From NCBI RefSeq assembly GCF_009914755.1, contig NC_060934.1: a stretch of DNA of 64,000 nucleotides. One strand, written 5' to 3'. Position numbers and translations under genes: made by a program. The first letter of the stretch is position 1; each line of letters opens with the position of its first letter. This DNA comes from the human T2T-CHM13v2.0 reference genome, Homo sapiens. Below the pieces are notes generated by a model. That model was not told where the DNA came from, did not search any database, and saw only the letters and a list, made by a program, of their open reading frames with translations. Shown one piece after another: positions 1-28,889 of the stretch.

Positions 1-248
1 AAAATCATGGCTCTGGAGCCAGACTGCCTGGCTCCTTCCTTGAAAGCTCCTTCCTGTGACCTTGGGCAGGTAACTTCACCTCTCTAACCTTACGTTCAGT
101 TGCAAAGTCCCATGATAAAAAAAAAAAAGTCCCCCCCTCAGAGGGTTGTTGTGAGGATTAATTGAGCTAATGCTAGTAAAAATGCTTAGGCCACTGCCTG
201 CCTGCAACATAGCTGCATTTAGCAACAGCACCAGGGTACTGGTATTTA

Positions 249-750
<502 letters not shown>

Positions 751-1711
751 GGGGTGAAATCAAAGGGAAGATGCTATAAAGGTCTAAGTTCCTGGAGGAG
801 TGGGACAGTATGGGGTCCTCAGACAGGGCAGGTTTGAAGGGCAGGGCTTAGGGGGACTGTGGTTGTGGATGCCCCACATGACAGCTCCCTGTGTCACTAA
901 CTGTCCTGCCACAGTGTGGCTGCAACCTGACAGATTGGTTGCTGAAACCATCCTTCATGCCTGGGATGGCTGGACATGTTTCTGTTGTTTTTGTGTGAAT
1001 GAATTATCTGTAGCTGATGCTATAATGGAATGAAAATGAAAACTGATACCAAGGAGTTTAAGTGCTCCCTCTTATCAACTGTTAACTGACTCATAGCAAG
1101 TAAAATCACAACCCCCAACTGATAGGCTGCCCAGGCAGTTTGTTTGACTTATTGATTTGGGTGGGTTAAAAAAAGCAAGAGCTGGTTATCATCCTGTTAC
1201 CTTTGCCCTGCCTTTTGCCTGTTTCTGTAACTGCCTAAATTAGATTCCACAGCCTAAGATCGGTGAAAAATGGTTTCCTATAGGTTTTCCTGAAAATCTT
1301 TCCTAGACACTGAAGTCACAAACCCCTTTCTGCTGATGCAGCATAAATAGTACTTTTCTTCAGCTGGGCTAAGGAGGGGAGGAATCCAGTGCAGATGTTC
1401 AAAACACGCTACTTAAGGGTGCTGACAAAGGCAACTTGAGAATTAACTTCAGGATTCAAAGACAGTGAAAGTCATTGAATAAGATCTGATTCCATATGCC
1501 CCGGACCTCTGTGGCCTGACTACAGAGGATATACATAGGGATAATAGATACAGCTGTGTTTGTGTTATGTGCACATGTGGACCCACTACTGTTCACCCTA
1601 CAGTCTCCCTTGGCTTCTCCTGGGTCTACTTTTATTTTCTGTCTGTTCCTTTTGTGTAGTCTTCTTCCTCCCAGAGATTTGATGAGTTGGGTATTTGTAA
1701 AGTGCTTAGAA

Positions 1712-2040
1712 GGCCGGGCACACACAGGCTGGGTGCGGTGGCTCACGCCTATAATCCCAGCACTTTGGAAGGCCGAGGCGGGTGGATCACTTGAGGTCAA
1801 AAGTTCGAGACCAGCCTGGACAACATGGCAAAACCCGTCTATACCAAAAAAATACAAAAAAAAAATTAGCCAGATGTGGTGGTGCCCGCCTGTAGCTACA
1901 GCTCCTTGGGAGGCTGAGGCAGAAGAATCACTTGAACCTGGGAGGCAGAAGTTGTAGTGAGTCGAGATCACGCCACCGCACTCCAGCCTGGGCAACAGTG
2001 TGAGACTGTCTCAAAAAAAAAAAGAAAAAAGAAAGAAAAA
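1712..2040 (+). mobile_element. AluS inserted in a MIR relic
   Basis: 13-bp TSD aaagtgcttagaa (1699-1711, 2038-2050). Confidence 0.88.
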
Positions 2041-2712
2041 GTGCTTAGAACACAGCCTGGCACATGGCACGCACTATTGCACATTAGCTAGTGTTATTAC
2101 TGCCCATCTTCCAGGCCCCATTCTGCGCCCCACCCCATCCCACCCCCTTAGCCTTAACTGCCAAATCTTTATCTTAAGCCCTGAACCCTCTCCAACTCCT
2201 AGTCATTTACAAGGCACCAGGCTTCTGTCCTCGTAACTTCCCATGTGAAACTCCTAATTCTCCAAACACCACACACACACACATACCATTTCTCATTATT
2301 TCCCTATTGCTCTGGTCCTTCTAGGCTAGAGACTTGCAGAATGTTATCAGGGAAACATGGGCAATGGCCCCTTCAGAAGACGAAGCTGTCTCAACTCTGT
2401 GACCATCCACTACAAGGGGCTAGGGATATCCTAGCCAAAATCATTCCTGAGCTAAGAGTACTAGGAATGGGCTATCCCAAGCTGCAACACCTTGGAAATG
2501 GCCATTGCCTCGTAGACAGAGACACTTCCCCAGGCCCAGGCCCTCCACAGGCTTTGCAAATGGCTGGATCAGTAGCAAGAGTTGGGGTGAGAAGAGCGTA
2601 CTGTGTGTAGGCTCAGACAGGTGACAAGGGTGTGTGAGAAGAGCATTGTGTGTAGGCTCAGACAGGGGGCAAGAGGACCAACTTAAGTGCCCTGAGTTCT
2701 GATTCTGCTCTA

Positions 2713-3367
<655 letters not shown>

Positions 3368-3787
3368 CTAACAGGGATCAGCTCCATCTCTACCTAGGAA
3401 GTAGAGAAACACTCAGATCTTGTAGGTCTTTTCCCATTGTCTGTAGTCCTTATCTATAAGATGGAAAAATAGTGCCTACCTCGTGGCACATAAAGCCATG
3501 TGGTAGTACCAAGAATGAGCAGCTATCACTTTTTGAGCAATGAAGTCTCCCCTTCAAGTCCTCATTTAACCCTTCCAACTCCCCTATTAAGTACTATTGT
3601 TTTACAAATCACAAGGGAAAAACTCAGAGTCTTGACTTGCCCACCATGACACAGCTGGTGAGCAGAAAGGGCTGAGGCAACTGAGCATCAGCCTTCCTCT
3701 GCAGCCCCAGCCTCGGGAGTGTGCTGAGCAGGAGAGGTTCCCCGGGGGCTGGGTTAGTAGAGCTGGGCAAGGAAGGGGCAAGGCAGG

Positions 3788-4097
<310 letters not shown>

Positions 4098-4593
4098 AAG
4101 GGCAAGGCAGGAACTAGGAAGGGATTCAGCAAGGGCTCTATGCCTGGGAAGACAGGGCAGAGAGAGAATGAGGAGAGGAGGAGGGCTACTTCGGTCAAAT
4201 CTAACCCCTGAGTGCTCAAACCAAGCCATTTTACAACTACCAAATACACTGCTGTAAAACCCTGTTTTTCTCTCCCAAGGCCATAGCTCAAGACTAGGTC
4301 AGTCTCAAAGGGGAAAGCAGGCTGGCTTCGCCTGTGCCCTCCCCATTTTGCACAAAAACGTCCAGATGAAAACCCACCTCCCTCCACCACAGCACCTCTT
4401 TGCTCTCCAGCCCAGAAAGCATTTCTAGAATACATTGTCTTTCCACAAAGGGAGTGGAAGCCCATCTTGCAGCTTCTAAAAACCTGGACTCAATTTTCTG
4501 ATCTTGTGGAATAAAAACTTAGAAGCACTCAAGTCCTGTGGCTCTACTAGGATTCTGTGCCCATCAGCATTGGCCCAAACCATTTGTCCAGGT

Positions 4594-4609
4594 CCCCCCC
4601 CCCCCCCCC
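4594..4609. repeat. (C)16 / (G)16 homopolymer
   Basis: Read directly. Confidence 0.95.
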
Positions 4610-4694
4610 GTTTAGCCCAAGTGCCCTCTTTATTAAGGACATCCCCATATGCTTTTCTGCCCCTCTCCCACCTTCCACCAAAATGCCAAACCGT

Positions 4695-6070
4695 GCTCCA
4701 AAACAAAAGCCAAATTTATTCAGCAGACATTTTAATTATGAAATCCTATAAATCAGGACCACCACAATTTCAGACACTCCGTTGCGAAGTGTACATCAAT
4801 AGCTACATCTGGAGGATGAACAAGCCATTGAATCTTTTAAAAATTGGTTTAGCTACCTTAAAGTTTGGGGGTGGCACCTTACAAAAGCGCCGTCAAGTTT
4901 CATACAGCCAGCGGCTTCTTCTCTGGGAGAGTCACATTTTAAAACCGGTTTCAGACACAAAAGAAGGGCTGGCACGGGAGGAGGAAATAAATTGTGAGGG
5001 TGAGGAGCCGCCGAGGCCGAGGCCCATGGCTCCATGGAGGGCCAGAAGAGAGCAGAAAAACGTCCAGGGTCTCTCATGCATTCCTATAGACACCAGAAAG
5101 GGTGGAATAAGAAAGCTCAGCTGGGAGGACAAGAAAGAGACTCAAGAGATCGTTTATGACTGTTTCTGAGAAAGCTCCTGGCATGGCCATGAGTGGCCTT
5201 CCGGGAGTCCTGTAAAAAGGAAAGCACAGAAAACAGGAAAGAACTCTCCCTACACGTCCCTCTCTGCCTGTTTGTGTCCTCGGGAGACTCCAAGCGGTGG
5301 TAAAGCACCAACAGGGCTCTTCTTGGAGCAAGAGAAAGAAAAGACTCCGGGGTGAGTAAGCTCTCCCAGGAACCCCACAGCAAACCGTGACCTTGAACAC
5401 AGATGGCAAGGTCAAGTCATTTACAAGTCCACATTCAAATCCAAATCTCCCACCTGCAAAATTCTTCACCTCTCTCCAGTCCCTTAATTGGAGTTCACAT
5501 CTCCCACCTTCACCAGCCACCGAATCGGTGGGAAAAAGGGGCAATGCCAAGCCACCCACCACCAAACTTTTACATTCTTCTCCCCTCTGGAATTTCTTTG
5601 CACAGCAATTGTAGCACCACTTACTAAGCTCCTCCACCAGAAAATAAGAAAATGTATGCGTGTCGTTAGTTTTCAAGTATTGTTATAAAGCCATCGCGAT
5701 TCCTACCCCTGAGCCCTCCTTAAACAATCCAAGCTCACGACGCCCCCAAGGGCTAAGTGAGGTACAAGTCGATGCAAGTAGCTGCCATAGTTCTCCCAGT
5801 TTATCCCAGGTCCTTGGGCTTGGATGGCCCGGGAAATTCTCATGCCCCACGGAAGCACCCTGGCGCATACATTTCTCCACGCTTAAGTTTTCTCCGACGG
5901 CCTCGCCGCGGCTGGTAACTTCTCTGGTTGAGATCTCTCCCCACGCGCCTCCCCGCAGCCAAAGTGGTCGCTCCCAGGCTGGCGACGTCGGCTTCAGCTC
6001 AGAGTTAGTAGGAACTGGACGCTGTTGGGTCTACGCAGCGGCCTCCACTTCCTCCTCCAGGAGGCCTGCG
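4695..6070 (-). other. FRAT2: FRAT2 3'UTR
   Basis: Repeat-free sequence between the stop codon and the polyA signal; exact cleavage site approximate. Confidence 0.8.
4715..4720 (-). terminator. FRAT2 polyadenylation signal AATAAA
   Basis: tttatt on + strand; ATTAAA at 4736-4731 just upstream; U/GU-rich sequence downstream on the sense strand (gcttttgttttggagcacggtttggc). Confidence 0.75.
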
Positions 6071-6772
6071 TCAGAGCAAGGAGCCTGAGGGCTGCAGGGC
6101 AATGCGGTCAGGTCCGCTGCGGCCTCCCCCGGGCCCAGGGGCGCTTGCGGGGCCCGTGGCTGCAACCGCGGCGACGGCTCGTTGGAGTCTCCGCACGGCT
6201 TCCTTGATGAGGTTTCCCGAGAGCACGAGCTGCTGGAGGAGCCGATGCGGGTCGTCGTCGCCGGCGCGTGCCCCGGCTTGGGTCCATCGGCGCTGCTGCA
6301 AGCGGCGGGAGGTGACCGCGTCCCTGAGCCATCCTCGCCGGCACGGCCCCGGCAGCGCGCTGGGGCCTGCGGCGACCTCCGCCACGCAGTAGGGCGCAGC
6401 GCGTCCGCGCACGCGGCCGCGGTCCCCTAGGGCGCAGCGCAGGGCCCCAGAGGGCGCCGGGCCCACCGTCTCAGCCGAAGCGGGCGGCAGCAGCAGCGGC
6501 ACCGCCGGGGGCCGGGCCTTGTCCGTCGGCACCGCCGCAGCCAGGGGCCCCGGGGCCCGCAGCGGCACCCCCGGGGGCGCGCACGGCGAGGCCGGGCTGT
6601 CCTGCGCCGCGTCCAGCTGCAGCGTCTCGCCGATCTGGGCCACCAGCCGGTCCACCTCGCCCGAGCTGCCCAGCGTCACCGACTGCTGCAGCAGGAGGAA
6701 GCTGTCGTCCTCCTCTTCCTCCCCCTCCGCCTCCTCGCCGGCTTCCTCTTCCTCCTCCCTCCGGCACGGCAT
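6071..6772 (-). CDS. FRAT2: FRAT2, GSK3-binding Wnt pathway regulator, 233 aa, single exon
   Basis: ATG at 6772-6770 (ggggccATGc), TGA at 6073-6071. Protein MPCRREEEEEAGEEAEGEEEEDDSFLLLQQ... has the acidic N-terminus and the FRAT GSK3-binding motif DDDPHRLLQQLVLSGNLIKEAVRRL. The ORF track start at 6958 is a TTG, not the canonical start. Confidence 0.97.
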   Translation of the reverse strand: MPCRREEEEEAGEEAEGEEEEDDSFLLLQQSVTLGSSGEVDRLVAQIGETLQLDAAQDSPASPCAPPGVPLRAPGPLAAAVPTDKARPPAVPLLLPPASAETVGPAPSGALRCALGDRGRVRGRAAPYCVAEVAAGPSALPGPCRRGWLRDAVTSRRLQQRRWTQAGARAGDDDPHRLLQQLVLSGNLIKEAVRRLQRAVAAVAATGPASAPGPGGGRSGPDRIALQPSGSLL

Positions 6773-6782
6773 GGCCCCCCGT
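6471..6782 (-). CDS. Candidate ACG-initiated alternative-frame ORF overlapping FRAT2 (103 aa, Gly/Arg/Ala-rich)
   Basis: gccaggACGg (A at -3, G at +4) 10 nt upstream of the FRAT2 ATG, in frame with track ORF 6471..7208; TGA at 6473-6471. Confidence 0.55.
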   Translation of the reverse strand, partial: TGGHAVPEGGGRGSRRGGGGGGRGGRQLPPAAAVGDAGQLGRGGPAGGPDRRDAAAGRGAGQPGLAVRAPGGAAAGPGAPGCGGADGQGPAPGGAAAAAARFG

Positions 6783-7399
6783 CCTGGCACCCGGAGCTGT
6801 GCGGGCTTCGCTGGGGGCTTGGTTGCCCGCGGGCGCGGAGCTGCGGGCGAAGCCGGAGCAGGGGCGGACGCGGAAGCCAGAGCCCGCCAGGCACTCGAGC
6901 CACGCGCCTGCAGCCGCTGGAGCCGGAATCCTGCCGGCTCGGGTTGATTTGTAAACAATGGGTGACGTCGCGCCGGGCCCTACCACCGCACCGGGGCGGG
7001 GGTGACGCGCGAGCAGGCACGGGGGCAAAGGGCGGCGCGGGCGGTGACCGAAGCCGTCCCGCGCCTGTGTTCGTTGTCCCTCCAGGAGGGGGTCCGGGGC
7101 GTGGGGACTGATTTCCGACCTCCCGGGCCCAACGAGCCGTGCTGAAACGTGGCGCCTCGGAGGAGGCTGAGGTTGGTTTCTCCCACGCACGGACACACCC
7201 ACACCCACTCCGGGCCCGCCTCCTGGGCCGCGGCCTCCCTCCCCACGTGTCGGCCGCGCCTAAGCCCGCCCGACTCCCGCCCCGCGCACCCGCAGTTCCC
7301 GGCCCTGGTCGTGGGGGAGGGGCGGGCCGCCGCGGGTCCGGCTTCGACGAGGCGGGGCGGGGAAAGGCGGAGGGAATTGGGAGTGAAGAGGCGGCACGT

Positions 7400-7713
7400 T
7401 ACTTATTTACTTATTTATTATTTAGAAAAGGTCTCTGTCGCCCAGGCTGAAGTATAGTGGCGCGAACACGGCTGACTGCAGCCTCGAACTCTGGCTTAAG
7501 TAATCATCCCACTTTAAGCCTCCGGAGCAGCTGGGACCACAGGCGCGGCCACCACGCCTGGCTAATTAAAAAAATTTTTTTTGTAGAGACGGTGGTGGGG
7601 GGGGGGTCTCACTATATTGCCCAGGCTGGTCTCGAACTCTTGGGCTCAAGGAGTCCTCGCTCCTCGGCCTCCGAAAGTGTTGGGGTTACTGGCGTCAGCC
7701 GCCGCGCCCGGCC
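7400..7713 (-). mobile_element. AluJ-like element at the CpG island edge
   Basis: J-type diagnostics (ctgcagcctcgaactc, gggctcaag), TTTA tail. Confidence 0.82.
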
Positions 7714-7789
7714 TAAGAGGGGACGCTTTGAAGCAGAGCAGAATCGCTCTGAGGTGAGGTCCCAGAGGCTTTCCCTCCCGCAGTCTTCA

Positions 7790-8311
<522 letters not shown>

Positions 8312-10851
8312 TTACATCATAAACGTTTTTCGTGTTATTGCATGCACTTTGAAAACATTTTAATGATTACATAAGTTTCCATCAAGTGCCTATGTTTTTA
8401 ACATTTGCCTAATTTCACCATCGTTAAGTGTGTAACTAACATTTTTGTGCGCGACACTTTAAGATATTGATGATTCTTTCCTTAGGGCATATTCCCAGGA
8501 GTGGAATTTTAAGTCACAGTAGTTGGGTATTTTAAGGTTTACTGATAAATGTTCAGGAAGTGTCTTTCCAAGAGTTAGGTAAATGTACTCTACCATCATT
8601 AATGCTTGAGCATACATCATTACACCTTCACTAGTATTTGAGTATTATTGAATTTTTTTTTTTTTGCGGATTATATAGGGAAATTTTCTCCCTTCAGTTT
8701 GCATATCTTTGATTTCAGTTAGGTAGAGCAGTTTTCTAAATGTTTGTTAACAAACTGTACTTCCTTTCTTATGAATTGTCTATTTCCTAATAAGATTTTC
8801 CTAGGGAGTGTTTCTTACGTATTTGCATGACTCCTTTACATACCAAATGTTAACCCTTTTCATATTTTGCCGCAAATACGTCTCCAGGCTTTTGTTGGCT
8901 CTGTACAGTCATTTTTTCCCCCACTAAAACCAAATTTTCATGTAGGCAAATTTTAAAATCTCTTTGAAATTTCTAACACGATGCTAAATTTGGAGTCTCC
9001 TTGCTGCCAGAAAGTTATTAAATATTCCATTCTATTTTCTTTAGATTTTTCAAATGCCTTGATTTTTTTTTCAAATCCATCTGGGATTAATGTTGGTCTT
9101 TGTTTCAAGGAGATGACATGAAATTAATTTTTTCCTGGAGAGCTTGCCAGCCAAAGGTGTGTTTCTTCACTAGGACAGAGGTGTGAGGGTAGTATAAACA
9201 CAAGCTGTCTGGTGAGTTTCCAGTTGCTGGTTAAGCTGGTGGTTGTGAGGAGTGGGTGGGGCTGGGAATGTTTTGATCAGTCTGTTGTGTGAAGTCAAAA
9301 GAACCCAGAACAGGTTGTACAAAGACCTAGATCCAAGTCTCATTCCTGCCACATCCTGGGTGTGGGACTCCAGGCAAATCAGTTTACAAGTGTTTTCACT
9401 TGTAAATAGGAGAAATAATCCCTGCCTGGCCTCCCTCTGAGGATTGTTTTCAGGATCAAATAAGATAATGGGAACGGGTGTTGTCAGGCATTACACAAAT
9501 GTAGGATTAGGTCCAGCGGTTTACTAACAGAGGTCTGGCTCAATTCCAGCGAGTCCCCCCTGGGGAGCATTTAACATAATAATGTTGAAGATCCCCCCCA
9601 TGCAGCCCACTAGGTGAAACGTACCCTGAGGGTATTACTTCTGTGCACTTGCCAGGTTTCTTAAATTCTGCCTCAGGTCTACCCTGACCTGGGATTGTGT
9701 AGGGCTTTACTGAAGTCAGCCCGGAGGCTCCCATGCCCCACAGTGAGTCTCCGCAACTAGTTCTGCAGGTTTGAGTGATGGAGACTTTCCCAGTGGGCAG
9801 CCTCCCACCTCCATCTCCCGAGGGCTGTTCACACACTTTACTGATGAGGACTGGAAGCCATTCCCCCCGGAGAGACTGATTCTCATTTTCATTCCGATGG
9901 TACTTACTGGAGAATTTCGAGAGGAATGAAAATTAGGGGAGGGCTTACGGATTTCAGTAGAGTTAAAATGGTAATGTTTTCCTCCTTTCTGTATGATGAT
10001 GCCTGGCTGTAAGTAGAGAAAAGCAGTTTTATGCTCCATTGATTTTAAACATTAATGGGTCTGGTTTAACTATTGTCTCTCACCCAGCATCCCTGGAAGT
10101 TGTTTTTGTTTTCCTGTCAGGGTAATTCCAATAGTGTTCTTCGTACTATAGGAAATGGAGCTTTGAGATGGCATTCTTTAAAAAAAAAAAATCTTCCCTT
10201 TGTAATGTTGCTTTTGTGTGAAGATTGCTATGTAAATATGCTGGGACTTGGATATTATACTATTCATTACAGAGATGAATTCATTACAGAAGACCAGCTC
10301 CATTTTCTGGGGGCACCTCTCTGGAGAGCTCTGAGAGAGAGAAGTGCTGTGCTGGACCAGTGGGAGGCAGAGAAATGCCCTGGATTAGGAAGCAAAATAC
10401 AAGATGCTAGAAAGACTCAGATGCAATTAAAAGTAATGAGACGGTATCAAAAAGGGAAGCGATGAGAACTTGTGAGCCCAGCACACTGGCTCCCTGCCTG
10501 GAAAGACACACTCTCGGACAGCATTCACAATCGCCCAGGGAAGAACAGAATTCAAGGGTTTTCTGCATTCACTTAGATTGCGTTGAAATTCTCTGCAAGG
10601 AGTTTGCTTTCCACACAGACCTTGTTTCAAGTTACCTGCCCTCAGAGACATTAGCTACAGTACAGTGGGATGAACACTAGGCTTGGGAATACCACCTGGA
10701 TGGGGTCACTTTATCCTTCCGTGCCTCTGATTCCTCATCTGTAAAATGGGGGACGGTCCCTTCTTTATGAAATGGTTATATTACATGAGAATAATATGTA
10801 TGGGAAGACTCATCATGTGGACCCTGAGGGTGGTGTTGGCATAGGTTCTAG

Positions 10852-11627
<776 letters not shown>

Positions 11628-11639
11628 TGATGTTCAAGT

Positions 11640-16590
<4,951 letters not shown>

Positions 16591-16599
16591 TGTCTTTTC

Positions 16600-20720
<4,121 letters not shown>

Positions 20721-20731
20721 TAGCACTATCC

Positions 20732-21040
<309 letters not shown>

Positions 21041-21197
21041 CTATCCTAATCATGTGTTTTATTAAATTTTTTATTTATTTGTTCTGGCTCCTCATAAACT
21101 TAGTGAAGGCAAGGATCCTGCCTGCATTGCTTACTACTCTATCTCTCACCCCTCACCAAATGTCTTTTTGGAAGTCCTTTGCTCAGAATAAATGCCC

Positions 21198-21200
<3 letters not shown>

Positions 21201-21264
<64 letters not shown>
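21201..21264. repeat. Compound microsatellite (GA)17(GT)15
   Basis: Read directly. Confidence 0.95.
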
Positions 21265-21266
<2 letters not shown>

Positions 21267-21300
21267 GGGAGAGAGAGAGAATAAGAAATGTGCAAGAAGA

Positions 21301-21734
<434 letters not shown>

Positions 21735-22618
21735 TCACTGAGTATAAACAGACCTGTTTTGTAATTGGTCTTTATCCCAGAGTAGCAGAGCTTTGGGAGC
21801 AAAGAGCCTGCAGGGTAATGAATGGGAGGGAGAACAGACGCTGGTGTCCAACTTCACATGGCATTTGGAAATTCACAGCCAAGCCTCTTTGCAACACTGT
21901 GCCCTCCCCGGGGGCTAATTTCAGCAGGCTGCAGCAGCATAGGCTTTAACTCCAGAGACCTGGGTGCTACCTTCTGCTACCTGCATAACTCTGCCCAAAC
22001 CATGCATCCTTTCTGCCTTTCAGTTCTCAGCTGCGAAGTGGGAATCATGATAAAGATAACCATAATCACAATGCAAACAGGGCAACTGTTGCAAGGATCA
22101 AAAGAGATGGTGGGTGTGAATGTGTTTGGTAAGCTGGAGAGCTCCGTACAAGCTCCAATTGTAACTGCCACCGTACCTGTGCAGGAGATTCAAATCTGGC
22201 AGGTGTGACTGTGCATGTAACAGACGCTAGACCCCTTTGTGAAATCCTGAGGAACCCCTACAGGACCCACGTGATAGTCCTCATGTGAGCAGGGAGGAAT
22301 TTTCTCAGAATACTAGATGTCAGCTTTGCTAGTTGATAATTATGAGTGTTTGCTTTGGAGCACCCCATCTTCTTCGAGGAGTTGAACTAGCTGCTGGAAT
22401 GATGAATGAAGGCGTTTTTAGATAAGTATTATCACACAATGATCCAATCGATACACATAAAATCTGCTCAGGGCAACACTGTGCCTTGTCATTTTTATGA
22501 GCATATTTACAACTGAGGGTTGGTCTCAGGTTATCTACTGTGTATGTAATTCAGGCTCAGTGGCCTCAAGTCCAAGAGCTATGGCATAGCAACTGTTCTG
22601 GTTAAAAACAAGACTTCT

Positions 22619-27801
<5,183 letters not shown>

Positions 27802-28889
27802 TCATACCCCTATCTACTTTACACAAAGCTTCCCAGTGCACGTGGTCACATTTCCTGAGAAAGGAAACAGGAAGGACTGGGCTTGGCTTACTTCGGCCCA
27901 ACTTGTGTCCAGAAGTGTAACAACGGGGAGTATGGTTAGATCCCCTCTGCAAATCTCTCCTAGCCACTCCTGACCACCTTTCTTGCTTGCTCTCCAATTC
28001 TAGATTTCTGTGAACAAGGCATGTAAACAGTGCCACCTCTGGGCCGAGTGTGGTTCCTTTCAGCTTTTCCTAGCCCCAAATCATTGGGAGGAAATGCCCT
28101 AATTTGGGGAGCGCCAGATCCAATTAAGACTTGGGTCCCCTTAGATAATGAGTGGAAGAGTGTGGTGGGACAGGCTGCCAGGAGGTGCACAGGGCCTCCT
28201 GGGACCATTATCAGAGCCAAGTGCCTTAAACTAGAATGGAAACGAGGAATGTGTGCATGTGCTCGCCTCACGTTGGGAGGATCTGAGATGGGAAGAATGT
28301 ATCAGTCAGGTGCTAGGGCACAAAGCACACTCATACTGGGGTGTGGGAACAGTGCTGGGGTTCTTTGCTTCTGGCTGCCTGTGGGATTGTATCCACATGA
28401 GGGGACCTGGGCTGACAGGACAGTGACCTCAGGACTTCTGTGCCATGCCCTTCTCTGCTCCAGACCAACAAAGCTGGCCCAGTGAATCACATTACACAAA
28501 CAGATCCCCTTGTCTGGGAAAAAAAGAATGTGGGAAGACACGGAGGTGAATGAACAAGGCTATGCTGGGCACTTAGAGGGGCTCAGCAAATACTTTGTTG
28601 AATCAATGAACAAAGATGCTGGAGAGACTTGTGCCCAGGACAGCTGGGGCAGTCCCTGGTGCTGAACTGCAGCTCCCGACACCAGCCCTGGGGCATTCGC
28701 TGCCCCTCCTGACACAGGTGGGTGCTCCCGGGCAAGTTCCAAAGCCTGTCCTATGGGCAAAGCCTTATGATATGCCCTGGACTGGATGTAAGGAGTTAGA
28801 CAGGAAGAGGTCAGGCCACTGCTGCCAACAACTGCACACTGTTCTTACCCCTGGAGGGGGCAGACTATGAAACAGTTTCTAGAAAAAAA

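Larger units (their letters stand above)
5890..7400. promoter_or_regulatory. CpG island covering the FRAT2 promoter and coding region
   Basis: Very high GC and CpG density; GC boxes (e.g. GGGCGG 6994-6999), forkhead motif GTAAACAA 6951-6958, CRE-like TGACGT 6963-6968, E-box CACGTG 7244-7249; no TATA box seen. Confidence 0.9.

Noticed and set aside
4504-5676. 221-aa (+) and 200-aa (-) ORFs over the FRAT2 3'UTR
   Set aside because: Non-ATG starts, no recognisable domain, and the poly-Pro comes from the C16 tract; no support from sequence alone.
6071-6958. 295-aa FRAT2 as called by the ORF track
   Set aside because: It starts at a TTG at about the presumed TSS; the canonical start is ATG 6772. 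The extension is kept only as a hypothesis.
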